A DNA stretch of 63,522 bases, counting the filler, from Octopus bimaculoides (taxonomy: Eukaryota): assembly GCF_001194135.2 (NCBI RefSeq). It is 12 parts of 12 records of this genome, joined end to end, with 100 filler letters (N's around TTAATTAATTAA, not from the genome) between each part and the next. Parts side by side here need not be neighbours in the genome. Positions count along the whole stretch, not along the records: positions 25,230 to 49,530 come from NC_068983.1; 11 more parts are not named here. One strand, given 5' to 3'. Below the pieces are notes generated by a model, which worked only from the letters and a program-made list of their open reading frames with translations, was not told the DNA's origin and made no database searches. Made by a program: the position numbers and the translations under genes. How positions within the stretch are numbered: position 1 is the stretch's first letter; every line of letters begins with the position of its first letter. Below, one piece after another: positions 25,528-38,721 of the stretch.

Positions 25528-25639
25528 GAGAAACCACTTAGTGTAAGGGATTATGAAGAAGAAGAAATTAAGATGATAGGAATGAATTTCCTTTAGTCTT
25601 GTTAGAGTTCAGCTCATAAGAAGGGGGGGGGAATGATAA

Positions 25640-25885
25640 GATGGAAGAGTGTTCTATAGTCTGGAAGTTTGAGAAAAAAGTTTTGACCATAGAAAGACTT
25701 CATTATTTGTGGAAGTACAACAGCATTTAGATAAAGATGCTTTGAATTTCAAGTCAGATGAGATGGCATAAAGTGGTCTGAAACTAAGAGAGAAAGTTCA
25801 TCAGAACACTTTCTATGGCAATAACAATAGAAAAGACTAAGACTGGTGATGTCACATTAAAGTGACAAGGGCTGCAGAGTTGAAG
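25640..25885 (-). mobile_element. L2/Crack-type LINE 3' fragment
   Basis: Reads QPLSL*CDITSLSLFYCYCHRKCSDELSLLV, resembling the PLSHRRNVASLSLFYRYY..CS.EL C-terminus of CR1/L2-group LINEs. Confidence 0.6.
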
Positions 25886-26057
25886 CAAGTGAGCAGATGT
25901 ATTGAAGCCATGTTGTTCTTGTTACCTTTATTATTTTTTTTTGCTCATTGCTGATATATTTCTGTGCTTTTTAACACTATTCATCAGCAAGAGACGCTTT
26001 CCTGAGACAAAAATCACAGTTTAGGAGGCTTTCAGTAGCATATATATATATATTTTT

Positions 26058-26320
26058 GACTCCAAAAGTCAAAACTACTACAAGCACATTTTTACCGATC
26101 GCGAGGGAATGCAACTTTCAAAGCTAACCTCCTAAAAACTTTTAACTTGACGGTAAATCAATGGTTTCATAATCAACACAGTAATCTGCATCTTTTATAA
26201 GATGATTATGAAACCATTGGTTTACCGTTAAGTTAAAAGTTTTTAGGAGGTTAGCTTTGAAAGTTGCATTCCCTCGCGATTGGTAAAAATGTGCTTATAG
26301 TAGTTTTGACTTTTGGAGTC
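26058..26320. repeat. Foldback element: 118-bp inverted arms (4 mismatches) with a 27-bp spacer
   Basis: Arms 26058-26175 and 26203-26320 compared by hand. Confidence 0.92.
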
Positions 26321-27617
26321 CCTCTCAGTGTAAGGCATTATTGTATAGTAATGCCCTTATATAAATTAAATATATTTATGGAAAAAATGATGGGTTTTTT
26401 TTTCCCCCTTATGAGGTTTTTTCACGCTAACTACTTGATAAATTCTTATAAAATTTTTATCCTAATATTATATATATATATGCTTAAGTATGCTATACAG
26501 ATTGCTAATTTGAACTAATACTACTTCTGTCACTAATAACAAATTAACAAATATCTATGTATTTTTTTTTATGTATTGAAAGGTTAAATAAATAAAACTT
26601 AAATGAATTAAATCATAACCCAAACCTATGGCTAAAATTGGTAGTGTTGTGATAACAGACACTGTAGTGGTTGAGGTAGCTGTGATGATGACGACAACAA
26701 TGATGATGATGATGATGATGATGACGATGACGACAACAGCGTTAATGGCGATGATAAAGGTGGTGATGATGATGATGATGTGGATGTGTGTAGATAAAAA
26801 TTGACTTCTTGCAGTCAAAATAACTGCCTTTTTTGTGAGAAATGATAGCAAATCTCACCAGGCTTCGAATGACTCCTAGTTTCTTCATTGTTCACCACTA
26901 TACATATTGCTAATGGAAATGGATTGGGAGTCCTGCTGTTAAAAAGAGGAACAATTTTGAGAGGTACCCCCAATAACAACTAGCATGCCACCACCTCTAC
27001 ACACAAATGGAACATCTGCAATACTGACAATTAACAAATTGCAAACACAGCCACCAGGTGTCTTCCACCCACTGGTCACCACCAGTGTGTGGTTAACAGA
27101 TATTATTAGCAAGTGAGGAACAAATGAGCAACAAGAAAGGAAAGTGGGGAGAGGAAAGTGAGACTTTCACAGCACCTGTAACTGTGGAAAAACCCAGGGT
27201 GCTAGGAAAATGTTACTTGTAATGGAACAGGGTAGTTAGAAGGAAAACACCATCTACAGCAGCTGATGTTCAAAACTGCAAATTATCATATGAAGATTTA
27301 TGTCACAACATAAGACAATATCATTAAATACTCATCCATTATTGTTGAAATTGTTCAAGTGCATATCTCAGTATTTGGCAATGATAAACTAACTCTTTCC
27401 GAATTCTACTTCCAGTCAAATTCTACTTCATTATTTCTGTCTTAGTACAGTTAACTTAAATCAATTAATCATGTTTTGCTTTTAACTAAAGACCTACAAC
27501 AGTTCAGAAAAGAATGCAAAATAAAAAGTGTTGCATTAAAACGACTTCTTCATTAGTATAGTTTGCATGAAGCATTATCTGATATGTAAGTGTATAATAC
27601 ATATACATATATATATA

Positions 27618-27900
27618 CTAGCAAATGCCCCCTCCTCTGTCCATTGGACAGTTTGTATAGGTGAAGAGGGTTAACTTGGACAGTGTTATGGAAGTTTTAA
27701 TCATCCGATGGACAGGCCATAAGGATTACAAAAATAGTGATTCTCACTTTGAAACTGACAATTTTGAAAATCTTTTTCAATTACAGAACATCCTGCTCTT
27801 TCATGTATCCATGTTTAAAATTTCAGTGCGATCGAATGAACAATACTTGGATTATAAGTGCACAAAAAACAGACAGACAGAATGGGATTTATATATTAGA
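27618..27900 (-). mobile_element. Non-autonomous Helitron
   Basis: Minus strand: A|TCTAATATATAAAT...TCTGTCTGTCTG at the 5' end, hairpin CTGTCCAATGGACAG, CTAG|T at the 3' end. Confidence 0.7.
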
Positions 27901-28489
27901 TGAGTCAATGAGGGAGACATCTACATGGTAGCCAAACCTGGTAGAAATAACAGCCAAATCTCCCTCAAATCACACCTTACTGCCTTATGTATGTATATAT
28001 GTATGTATGAGCCAATGACGGAGACCTCTACATGTTAGCTAGACCTGGTAGAAACAGCAGCCAAATCTCCCTCAAAACACCCTACTATCTTATGTATATA
28101 TATATGTAGATATTAACAGTTCTTTGGCTTTTTGCATTTGATGACTGTTGCTTTAAGTTAGATAATCGTATTGAGCCCTCTACGTATAGAGAGGGGGGAC
28201 AGAAAGAGGAAAGAAGAGAGACAGCATAGCGATGGTTTTGGCTGACTGTTGTCCTGTACTCCTCTTGTTGCCAGTGAAATGGGATGTGCCGGCTGTCTGA
28301 GCAACTTGTTGCTTTTAATGAACAGCATGGCGGAAGAAATAGGACAATAAGATTACAAAAATAGCGATTCTCACTTTGAAACTGACAATTGGATCTGTTG
28401 GATCTGTTGGATCTGTTGGATCTGGCTTATCTGTCCACAACAGCTTTTTTACAATTTGGCTGCAATCATTTTCTATACCTCCATCTCCA

Positions 28490-28778
28490 ACATGGAGAAA
28501 TAATTCAGATAAACTTAAAGAATGTCTTCAGCTAGCAGTGCAGGAGATAACTCCTGAAATGCTTCAAAATATGTTTCACAACACTAAGGATAGATTTGAA
28601 GTAAGCAGAGATACAGATGGAGAAAATATGGAAAATTTTCGTCAACAAAGTTTTGACACAAGATTTATAAACCTATTTGTTTTACTATTATTAAGTAATA
28701 AGTATAAAATTCTACCAGTTTTTAAATCTAAATTTGCCCAATTTTGTTGAAATAGACAGTTAATTCTGGGACACCCTG
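28490..28778 (+). mobile_element. 3' end of a Tc1/mariner-superfamily transposon (maT/rosa-like) with right TIR
   Basis: LKECLQLAVQEITPEMLQNMFHNTKDRFEVSRDTDGENME; ends ...GGGACACCCTG (TIR CAGGGTGTCCC). Confidence 0.7.
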
Positions 28779-28802
28779 TGCACACACACACACACACACA
28801 TA

Positions 28803-30204
28803 TTGAGTCATCCCATAAATAATGTGGTCTTTTAATACTTCGTTTAGTTTTTAAAATTAAGATAAACAAAGCTCATTTTTAGTCTAAAATAGACTCTTCT
28901 TCATTTTCTACAATGCTCTTCCATCTATCCGGCGGACTTGCAAGGTCTCTCTTCCAAAATTCACTTGTCCATGATGAAAAATACTCCTCCAGTATTGTTG
29001 TAACCTCGTCTACAGAATTCATATGTTTTTCGTCCAAATAATTTTGAAAACTGCAGAATAAATGATAATTAGATGGGACAATGTCCGGCAAATATGGTGG
29101 GTGGGGCATCGTTTCTCATTCAAACTGCTCTAGCCTGTGGAATGTCATCTTCACTGTATGTGGTCAAGCATTATCCTTATGGAAGAACACCTTTCATCTT
29201 GAAACCAAAGATGGTTGTTTTTCTTTTAGCGCTGACTTAAGCCACTCAAGCTGCTTGCAGCAGATCTCTTTTGTTATTCATTAGTTTGGGTTTAAGAGTT
29301 CAAAGTGGACTAAACCTTTCATATCTCACCAAACAGATAACAACACCTTACGTGGGTGAAGACCTTCTTTAGCCTGGGGTGCTGGTGTTTCTCCTCTCCC
29401 TACCCACTCTCTTTGGCTCTTGACATTTTTATAGAGAACCCATTTCTCGTCACCAGTCACTATTTGATCCAAAAAAGGTTGATTCATGAAATGTGACAAC
29501 AAAGAAGAACACACATTCACTCTCTGCACGTGATTAGACTCAGAAAGTTTCCGAGGAACCCATTGACCCAATTTGCTNNNNNNNNNNNNNNNNNNNNNNN
29601 NNNNNNNNNNNNNNNNNNNNNNNNNNNNNNNNNNNNNNNNNNNNNNNNNNNNNNNNNNNNNNNNNNNNNNNNNNNNNNNNNNNNNNNNNNNNNNNNNNNN
29701 NNNNNNNNNNNNNNNNNNNNNNNNNNNNNNNNNNNNNNNNNNNNNNNNNNNNNNNNNNNNNNNNNNNNNNNNNNNNNNNNNNNNNNNNNNNNNNNNNNNN
29801 NNNNNNNNNNNNNNNNNNNNNNNNNNNNNNNNNNNNNNNNGCTCATCTTCTAGGCTGTAGTTTCTGGCTCGGAATTTCTGGAACCACCACTGACACTGAC
29901 TTACACTTATTGTCCAATCCCCATATACTGCATTAATATTCCTCGCACTTTCCGTTGCATTGTTGCCTTTATTGAATTCATAAAGCAAAACATGCCAAAT
30001 ATGCTTCTTTGTTACTTCTATTATAGCTTTGAAAAAATAACTGTTAAAATCAAACTGCACTCTTCAAAACTTGCACTAAGAATAAGTACAAGGTAAAATT
30101 ACTACCTGCTTTCATAGCAAGTTGATGCAGGTAGTTTATCCCACCCCCTCTGACTTTTAGATCATGCAATTGATAAAACTGCATTATTTATGGGATAACC
30201 CTAT
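28803..30204 (-). mobile_element. Full-length decayed mariner (DD34D type) with TIRs and TA target duplication
   Basis: LLYEFNKG..A.E.ARNIN..YG, WVP.KL, IVTGDEKWVLY, HPRKVLLSVW, PHPPY.PD..PS.YHLF; TIRs TTGAGTCATCCCATAAATAATG and TAGGGTTATCCCATAAAATAATG, both flanked by TA. Confidence 0.93.
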
Positions 30205-30649
30205 ATATGTATATATATTTATTCTTTTACTTGTTTCAGTCTTTTGACTGCAACAATGCTAGGGCACTACCTTGAATTTTTTAGTTGAATGAATCGATTC
30301 CAGTACATTTTTTTTAAAGCCTGGTATTTATTCTATTGGTCTCTTTTGCCGAACCATTAAGTTTCAGGGAAGCATAAAGCAAAACATGCCAAATATGCTC
30401 CTTTATATATCTCACGAGTAGATTCAGTCTAGGACTGTCTTTAGCAGAGTCAAAAACATTTCAAGCTTTCAGATTAGGTCTCCAGTCTGAGAATAACTTC
30501 TTCTCGTCAGCCTTGAATCTTGAGAAAGGTCATGAGGTTGTAGATGCTGTCCTTTCTCCTTTGACTAAACCATAATTTTTAAAGGTAGTGTTGGGTACAA
30601 AAGTAACTCCTCCCACCCCATGATACCAACAGCATGGTCTTTTGTGCCT

Positions 30650-30915
30650 ACTTACTCCAAGAAAAGCCTTGAGAGCAGAGAAAGCCATTAATCTTTGTGT
30701 TCTGGGACTTTGAGGAGGCTTTCAAAAGCATACCAAGACCTGCAATGTTGGTCTCCCTGAAGCATTTTGATTGTCCCAATTGCTTTATGAATCTCATCCA
30801 GGCCCTACATGATGGGATGTCTGACCGGGTCATTGCCAAGAATGCTCTCTTCAGTTTCTTTCCAATTATGACTGGCCTGAAGCAAGGATGCACCCTCACT
30901 CCCATTCTGTTTTCC
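30650..30915 (+). mobile_element. RTE LINE RT fragment
   Basis: LQEK..EQRKPL..VFWDFEEAF..I.R....G.KQGC.L.PILF. Confidence 0.8.
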
Positions 30916-31965
30916 CCTCTGCCTTGGTGCCAATATCCATGATATCCCTGATCAGGTTCCTGGTTGTAGACATCCATTACAGAATGGACAGAGGACTTTC
31001 GTCATTGTCCACTTACAACTTTGGCCAAGGTGTATGAGCTACTCCCAAACACCTAGTTTCTGGTCTTCAGGTGGCTGTTAACTTCTTTGAAAATTTGTAT
31101 ACCTGCTTTCGTCTGGTCACAGACATAATGAAGATGAAGATTCTTGCACAGGGAGGAAAATGAGATTACATCACATTGATTCCTTTCTCAAAAGTACAAT
31201 TAATGACATCAGTGAAGAAAATCAAATTTAAATGGGAATCAAAAGTAACAGACAGTTACAGGTTTTTAGTATCTAACATCACACACGCACACACACACAT
31301 GCACACAAGCACACACACACACATACGTATGTATGTATGCATGTATGTATGTATGTATGTATGTATGTATCTATCTATCTGTCTACCTATTTATCTGTCT
31401 GTCTCTCTCTTTCTCTCTCTTTNNNNNNNNNNNNNNNNNNNNNNNNNNNNNNNNNNNNNNNNNNNNNNNNNNNNNNNNNNNNNNNNNNNNNNNNNNNNNN
31501 NNNNNNNNNNNNNNNNNNNNNNNNNNNNNNNNNNNNNNNNNNNNNNNNNNNNNNNNNNNNNNNNNNNNNNNNNNNNNNNNNNNNNNNNNNNNNNNNNNNN
31601 NNNNNNNNNNNNNNNNNNNNNNNNNNNNNNNNNNNNNNNNNNNNNNNNNNNNNNNNNNNNNNNNNNNNNNNNNNNNNNNNNNNNNNNNNNNNNNNNNNNN
31701 NNNNNNNNNNNNNNNNNNNNNNNNNNNNNNNNNNNNNNNNNNNNNNNNNNNNNNNNNNNNNNNNNNNNNNNNNNNNNNNNNNNNNNNNNNNNNNNNNNNN
31801 NNNNNNNNNNNNNNNNNNNNNNNNNNNNNNNNNNNNNNNNNNNNNNNNNNNNNNNNNNNNNNNNNNNNNNNNNNNNNNNNNNNNNNNNNNNNNNNNNNNN
31901 NNNNNNNNNNNNNATGTATGTGTGTGTGGGGTTCGTGCGTGTGTGTGTGTGTGTGTGGGGGGTTC

Positions 31966-31996
<31 letters not shown>

Positions 31997-32478
31997 CACG
32001 TGCATGCATGTGTGCATGCATGTGTGCATGCATGCGTGTGTGTGTGTGAACGCAGCATCATCTGAAGATGATTGTGAGGTATATCAGTCAGAAATGTAGT
32101 GATGATAGAAACAGAAAGTGTGAATCCTAAATAATTAAAGATAATAGAGATGTTAACAGCATTCTGATAAATTGATAGTGTTAGAGTCTAGTTGTTTGAC
32201 CTTTTATTAAAGTTTATTAGAAGTACTTATTTTATCAATGCTATGCCGAGCAAACTGAATTGGAAAAGGAGTCAAAATCAGAAATATAGGTTGCTATACA
32301 ATTTTAAATGGACTCTAATATTGCCCTCAAATCTAGTATAATAGATATAATCACACCATTTGATTAAATATCTAACTATGAATAAATAACATATGTATGT
32401 AATACTATGAAGAAGCTAGGAACTAAAACTGGGAACATCATAAAGTAAAGATAGTGAATTGTTAGAATCATTGGAACA

Positions 32479-32650
32479 TTGCTTACCTTTAGCAAAGCCC
32501 TGATACCTTTCTTACCATTAGTAAAATCCTGGTACCTTGCTTACTTTTAGCAAAGTCCTGGTTCTTTGCTTACCTTTTGCAAAATCTTGGCACACTGCTT
32601 ACCTTTAGCAAAATCCTCGTATCTTGGATACCTTTAGCAAAATCCAATCT
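32479..32650 (-). repeat. 29-bp tandem repeat x6; each minus-strand unit ends in a splice-donor-like motif
   Basis: Units start at 32479, 32508, 32537, 32566, 32595 and 32624. The minus strand reads AAAG|GTAAGC (x3), AAAA|GTAAGC, AATG|GTAAGA and AAAG|GTATCC. Confidence 0.9.
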
Positions 32651-32733
32651 GTTGCAAGCATTTTGACCAATTCTCAAATTTGTGGATCCTCTCTTCTTTC
32701 TTCCCACCTGAGTCAGAGACTATATAAAGGGTC
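32634..32733 (-). CDS. Candidate stop-containing exon of the minus-strand membrane gene: (R)TLYIVSDSGGKKEERIHKFENWSKCLQQIGFC*
   Basis: Strong acceptor ttttaattttcatctttttgttag|G; phase 2 matches exon 37033-37082. An alternative acceptor/frame is possible. Confidence 0.35.
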
Positions 32734-32932
32734 CTAACAAAAAGATGAAAATTAAAAAAGACTTTGGGATTTGAGCAGATGTGGTTGCATGGTAAGACAT
32801 TTGCTTCCCAATCACATGGTTCCTGGTTCAGTCTCATTGCATGACACCTTGGGCAGGTGTCTTCTACTTTAGCCTCTGGGGTAAACCAAAGCTTGTGAGT
32901 TAAGTTGGTTGACAGAAACTGAAAGAAGTCTG

Positions 32933-32970
<38 letters not shown>

Positions 32971-33019
32971 GACATATACTGCAGATATATGCTACAAATA
33001 CACAGACACACATCAATAC

Positions 33020-33830
33020 CTGAATTTTAACTCATGCCGTCCACCACATGCAAAATGCAACATCTCATACTGTCTAGCCAGAAGAATTTGGACCATTGTA
33101 GAAGATGCAAATATCAGGAAGAAATGCCTAACAGAACTAAGAGAATTTTTCCTCAAACAAAAATACCTGTCTCTACTCATAGAAAATGGCATACAGCGGG
33201 CTATAAAAATACCAATATAACAACTGAGGACAACCCAAAGAAGAGGAAAGCAGGAATAAGTCATACCATTTATAGTGACATACAACCCATGTCACCAGAA
33301 TATCTTCAACATTGCCAAAGCAAACCTATCAATCATGGTTCAAAGTAATGAATTAAAAGATATAATCACTATGTTTCATAGTAAAAGACAGCCTAAAAAC
33401 TTGAAAAAAATTATCAAATTATTAACAAAGGCAAAGTTTGACCTCAGCTGTATCTGAATGCAATTATAGCCGATGTGGCACATGCCAATTCATACATACC
33501 GGCCAATATATGAATGCAAAACCTGGAAAAATATTCACAAATGCAAATATGAACTGCAAAAGCAGAAATTTAATTCACTTCATCATATGCCCAAATTGTG
33601 AAGAACTATATGTATGTCAGACTGGAAATGTACTATCAGAACGTTCACATGTGCACTGACAGCAAATTAAAGACCCAGATGTCCATTAGATACCTTTGAG
33701 TAACCATCTAGCAACATGAGGTTGGAAAATATTTATATTTCCATTCTACAAACTACAGTCCAAGTGAAATTGAGAGAAAAATCAGAGGAAAGAACTTTAT
33801 TAATAAATTCCAACCCAAGCTAAATAAGCA
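33020..33830 (+). mobile_element. Penelope-like element 3' fragment (thumb + GIY-YIG)
   Basis: NSC.P.H.K.NISY.LARRI.TIV, C...RCGTC.FI, MNCKSRNLI.FIICP.C.ELYV.QT...L.ER..VH; related to 11011-13336. Confidence 0.88.
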
Positions 33831-34584
33831 ATAATACTAATACTTAAAGGTACTATTTCTACTGCTACAACCACTACCACTAACAACAACAACAATACTA
33901 AAGGTGCTCATGATGAAGATAGCAGGAAAATACTAGCTAAGTCAAGAGAAAAGTCAGTAAAAATAATCTTATTTTTGGATTTAGAGTTCTATTACCACAG
34001 CTACACCTACCACCACCACCACCACCATCAACAACAACAACGACGATGACAACAATAATAAAAGAAATGATAATGATGATGAATTGAAATGTAAAAATCC
34101 CTGTGAAATGATGTTTACAACATTTCTAAAAATCCCAACAATTACTGCTTTGGCCTAGGTCAAAATACAGGTCACTTAACATATTCAACAAACCTTGACA
34201 CCTAAACCAAACACCAATCAATTTAAGTAATTTTGTAAAAATCACACACTGATTGGTCAGAATACAGTTTGCAAAAGTTAACATTCTGGAACCTATGCAA
34301 ATGTATTTAAGGCACACAGTTTAGCCATCTCACTACAGTTGTAAATCATAAGACATAACTGTCACCACTACTACATGAACCTGAAGATTGCATAGCTTAA
34401 TGCATGAAAGTACTAGTTCAATCAGAATGGACATTTAATATTCCATCATTTCATTATGTTATATTATCTTATATTATATTATTATAAGATTGTAAATAAA
34501 AGGTGAAAATCAGACAAAGTTGGAATTTCTTTGAGTAATATATATTATATATATTATAAAAGGCTGAGGCCTTAGATTTAGGTC

Positions 34585-35570
34585 TCACTTGGCTTGCTGG
34601 GTCTTCTCACGCACAACATATTTCCAAAGGTCTTGGTCAGAAGTCATCACCTCAGTGAGGCCCAATGTTCGAAGGTCATGCCTCACCACCTCATCCCAGG
34701 TCTTCCTGGGCCTACCTCTTCCACAGGTTCCTTTAACTGCCAGGGTGTGGCACTTTTTCACACAGCTATCCTCAACCATTCTCGCTACATGACCATACAA
34801 GCGCAATCGTCTTTCTTGCACACCACAACTGATGCTTCGTAAGTTCAACTTTTCTCTCAAGGTACTAACACTCTGTCTAGTATGCACACTGACATTACAC
34901 ATCCATTGGAGCATATTGACTTCATTCTTTGCAAGCCTATGCATGTCCTCAGCAGTCATGGCCCATGTTTCACTGACATGAAGCATGGTTGTTCGTACAC
35001 ATGCGTCATACAGTCTGCCTTTTACTCTGAGTGAGAGGCTCCTTGTCACCAGCAGAGGTAAGAGCTCTCTGAACTTTGCCCAGGCTATTCTTATTCTAGC
35101 AGCTACACTTTCAGCGCACCCTCCCCCACTACTAACTTGGTCACCTAGATAGCGGCAGCTATCAACTACTTCTAGTTTTTCTCCCTGGAATGTGGCAGAA
35201 GTTTTTTTCTGCACATTTACAGTGTTTATTGCTCCTGAACATCTGCTACATACAAAAACTAACTTCCTAGTTAACCTTCCTTTGATATTGCTGCACCACT
35301 TATGCATCCATAGCTTGCACTGGGTGCAACTTATAGAATTTCTACCTATGCCTTTTCTACAGATCGAGCAGGGCCATCTACCTGAAGGGGTTTGTGTTTT
35401 TCTACCTTCCTACTTATTAAGACTTTGGTTCTAGTTAGGTTGACTCTAAGGCCCTTCGATTCTAGTCCTTGCTTCCACATCTGAAACTTCTCCTCTAGCT
35501 CTGATAGTGATTCAGCAATTAGTGCAATGTCATCAGCATAGAGGAGCTCCCAGGGGCCTGGGACAATTAT
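34585..35570 (-). mobile_element. RTE LINE 3' portion (RT motif YADD to C-terminus)
   Basis: ELLYADDIALIA, LEVVDS.RYLG, RIRIAWAKFREL, LHVSETW, RRLRLYGHV.R, GRGRPRKTW. Confidence 0.95.
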
Positions 35571-37032
35571 GACCAAAGGGTTGTCACCTAACTGAATTTT
35601 CCAAATATCCGACCATCACTCTTTAAGCCATCATAACACATTAGAAAATTCATTAAAACATTAAATTTGCATCAGCATTATCATTAGTATTCTGAATATA
35701 AAAAATGGTAAAGGGTAAAGAACCCCTTCAATCATGATTGACTAAGAGATTGCACCTAGAAAGTTCCCCTCTAAGGCAAAAGTCCAGGCAGGGTTGTTTA
35801 TGGAAGACCAACAGTCATTCATGCATACCAGCCTCCCCTCTCCACCCACTGATGATCCCCAAGTGAAAGGCAAAGGCTGATACAGCTTGGCACCAGTGAC
35901 ATCGCAACTCATTTCTACAGCTGAGTGAACTGGAGCAACATGAAATAAAGTGTCTTGCTCAAGAACAGAACACACAGCCTGGTCTGGGAACTGAACTCAC
36001 TATCTCATGATTCTGAGCCATACACCTTTTGAATATAATAGAAATAGGAAAAATATGAAGAAATAAATGGACAATTTATGTAAAGAACAAGTTTTATTAA
36101 CCTAAAAAAGTACAGGTACTGTAAATGAAGTAAAATAAAATTTAAAAATACTGAACTTTGTGAAGCAGTGATCCATTTTAGATAGACTAAAAGCATTCTT
36201 TCTTTTAATGACACTGAATTAATTAACACAAATTAGCTCAAATTCTCTCTTTACTCTAATTAGCAACACATTTTCTTATAAAATATACATTACTAAAGCA
36301 ACAGGCATCCATGTCTGGGTACAGGTTGCTTAAACATTCCAGTTATTTGAATACCAGATAAGAGGGAGTTTCCTATATATAGAAGCATTTTTTTTTTTAA
36401 TAATTCATTATTACTAGGAATTTGATGGTCTAAAGATAGTCCGAAGTTTTGACAAGATACATGAAACTGTAACAACGCTAGCAAGTCTATATTGTATTCA
36501 TTAATATGATCATTCTGTTTCTGACCCAGCAAGCATCAGACCATGCGTCACTCAAAACTCACCTGATTTATGTGTCTCATTTCATCTCATCATCTCTTAT
36601 GTATCCTGTACTTAAAAACCTAAATACTTCAGGTAAAGACATTGGCCTAAATTTTTGGAACTTCCTCTCTCCTCACATCTTCCTGTAAGCATCAATATGC
36701 TGAAGACTAGTAGTGTTTCTCTCCAATGATGATAATGATGGTGGTGGTGGTGGTGGTGGTGTTTATAATGGCAATGGTGGTGGCAGCAGCAGCAGCAGCA
36801 ACAATGACAACAACAACTATGATGATAGGGCGGGGGTGATGGTGGTGGTGTTGGTAATGGTGGTGATGATGATGATGGAAATGGTGCTGGTGGTGTGCAT
36901 ATGTATGTGTGTGTGTATCTTTTGCTGATATGTGTGTGTGTGTGTGTGTGTGTATTTGTGAAGGATGTAAATATCAGTAAAAAACTGAAACAGAGAAACA
37001 AAAAAAAAACAGCACTTATTGAATAAAAATAC

Positions 37033-37082
37033 CTTATGTGATATTTGTTCCACCCATCACAAATACAGTGAACCATTAGAAA
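37033..37082 (-). CDS. Candidate exon FLMVHCICDGWNKYHI(R), phase 0-2
   Basis: Only open frame; donor AAG|gtattt; acceptor tttctgacaag| (alternative aataatag| upstream). Confidence 0.4.
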
Positions 37083-37203
37083 CTTGTCAGAAATTATGCT
37101 ATTATTCAACAAATTTGATATAAAATAAAATGAAAAATATCCCAATGAAAGAGCTTCTATTCAGTTACTGAAACAGCGAATTGTAACAGCTGAAGGTCTA
37201 AGT

Positions 37204-37769
37204 CAGTGCTTCTCAACCAGAGAACTCAGATGGACCCTGCTAGCCATTCAATGTTAAGATAATTATATTATATTTTCATAATTAAATATTATTAGGAATT
37301 GTATGAAAATAATTATTAAAATATTTTGAGTAACTACTGGCACTCCACCGCTTATGACAATAAGGGTTCCAGTTGAATCTGATCAACAGAATAGCCTGCT
37401 CATGAAATTAACGTGCAAGTGGCTGAGCACTCCACAGACATGTGTACCCTTATTACAATTCATAAGGAGATTCAGCATCATACAGAATGTGAGGAAGCTG
37501 GCCCTTTGAACTACAGGTGCAACTTATTTTGGTCAGCTGAGTGGACTGGAGCAAGTGAAATAAAGTGTCTTGCTCAAGGACACAATGCACCACCAGGAAA
37601 TCGAACTTGTGACCTTATGATTGTGAGCCAAATACCTAACCACTAAGCCATGTGCCTTCACATATTTCGAGTATTGTAGAGGAATAACATGCTTATTACT
37701 CATAAATTTTAACAACAAATTATTATATGGACCTACAAGGGCCATTTGGACCCTGGTTGAGAACCACGG
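37204..37769. mobile_element. hAT-like non-autonomous element with a nested SINE
   Basis: TIRs CAGTGCTTCTCAACC and GGTTGAGAACCACGG; degenerate 8-bp TSD GTCTAAGT / TTCTAAAT. Confidence 0.65.
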
Positions 37770-37792
37770 TTCTAAATCCTTGGACTATTTAC

Positions 37793-37861
37793 CCACAGTG
37801 TATACAGAATGGCAGCATCTAGAAAAAGTGAGAATACAGTATCAAACAAAACTGACAGACT
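37793..37861 (-). CDS. Candidate exon SLSVLFDTVFSLFLDAAILYTLW (hydrophobic), phase 0-0
   Basis: Donor TGG|gtaaat; acceptor weak (gaatag|), alternative ctgtcag| at 37851; phase compatible with 44128 and 37082. Confidence 0.4.
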
Positions 37862-37971
37862 CTATTCATTGCTGATTGTATGCACAAAGTATAATTTTTG
37901 AAATAGGAAGTCACAACCAGTTTGCTCTCTTTCCATCATGTATTTTCATATGAATAAAGTGTATGCATAAA

Positions 37972-38037
<66 letters not shown>

Positions 38038-38630
38038 ACACACATACACATTCGTACACACACACACACACACGTACACATACACACACGCATATGTATA
38101 ACCTTGTTTGGAAACAGGTGATAACTGGTGACAGGAAGGGCATGTGGGCAAGAATTCTGTTTGCCCCATGCAAGCATGGAAAAGTGGGCAATAAACAGAT
38201 GATGATGATGATGATGATGATGATTATATATATATATAGGCGTCTGTGTGTCTTCAAGTGTACTTACAAAAAGTAAAAAAGAACTTGATACATGAAGTAG
38301 AATCTATGTTACTTGAAGTTTGGTATCAGGTTTAAAATAAATAAATAAAAATACATAATTATATAATTATAGCGAATGCATGCATTCTTCTTTATATATT
38401 TTTTAATTGCTTCATCTTTGTGACCATCAGCAGTTGTTTACAACCCAACAATATGTTCTTTTGTATTTCTAACTCATAACTACAAAAGGAGTCACTGCTC
38501 ATGTCCTGCCCAAATATTCTACCTGTATTATTTTAACCCTTTAGCATTCACATTATTCTGTCAAAAGTATGGCTTTTTTATTCACATAGTTTTGAATTAA
38601 TCATGTATTATCTTCTAGCTATGAGGTTTT

Positions 38631-38720
38631 GATGAGGTAACTATTAACTTTTAAAATGGTGAGGTAACTATTAACTTTTAAAATGGTGAGGTAACTATTA
38701 ACTTTTATGATGAGGTAACT
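38631..38720 (+). repeat. 27-bp tandem repeat (GAGGTAACTATTAACTTTTAAAATGGT) x3, continuing at about 39105-39132 after a SINE
   Basis: Units start at 38634, 38661, 38688 and 38712. Confidence 0.85.
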
Positions 38721-38721
38721 G

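Noticed and set aside
36290-36375. Short minus-strand exon-like segment
   Set aside because: Resembles a pogo/Tigger-type terminal sequence and has no consistent frame and donor.
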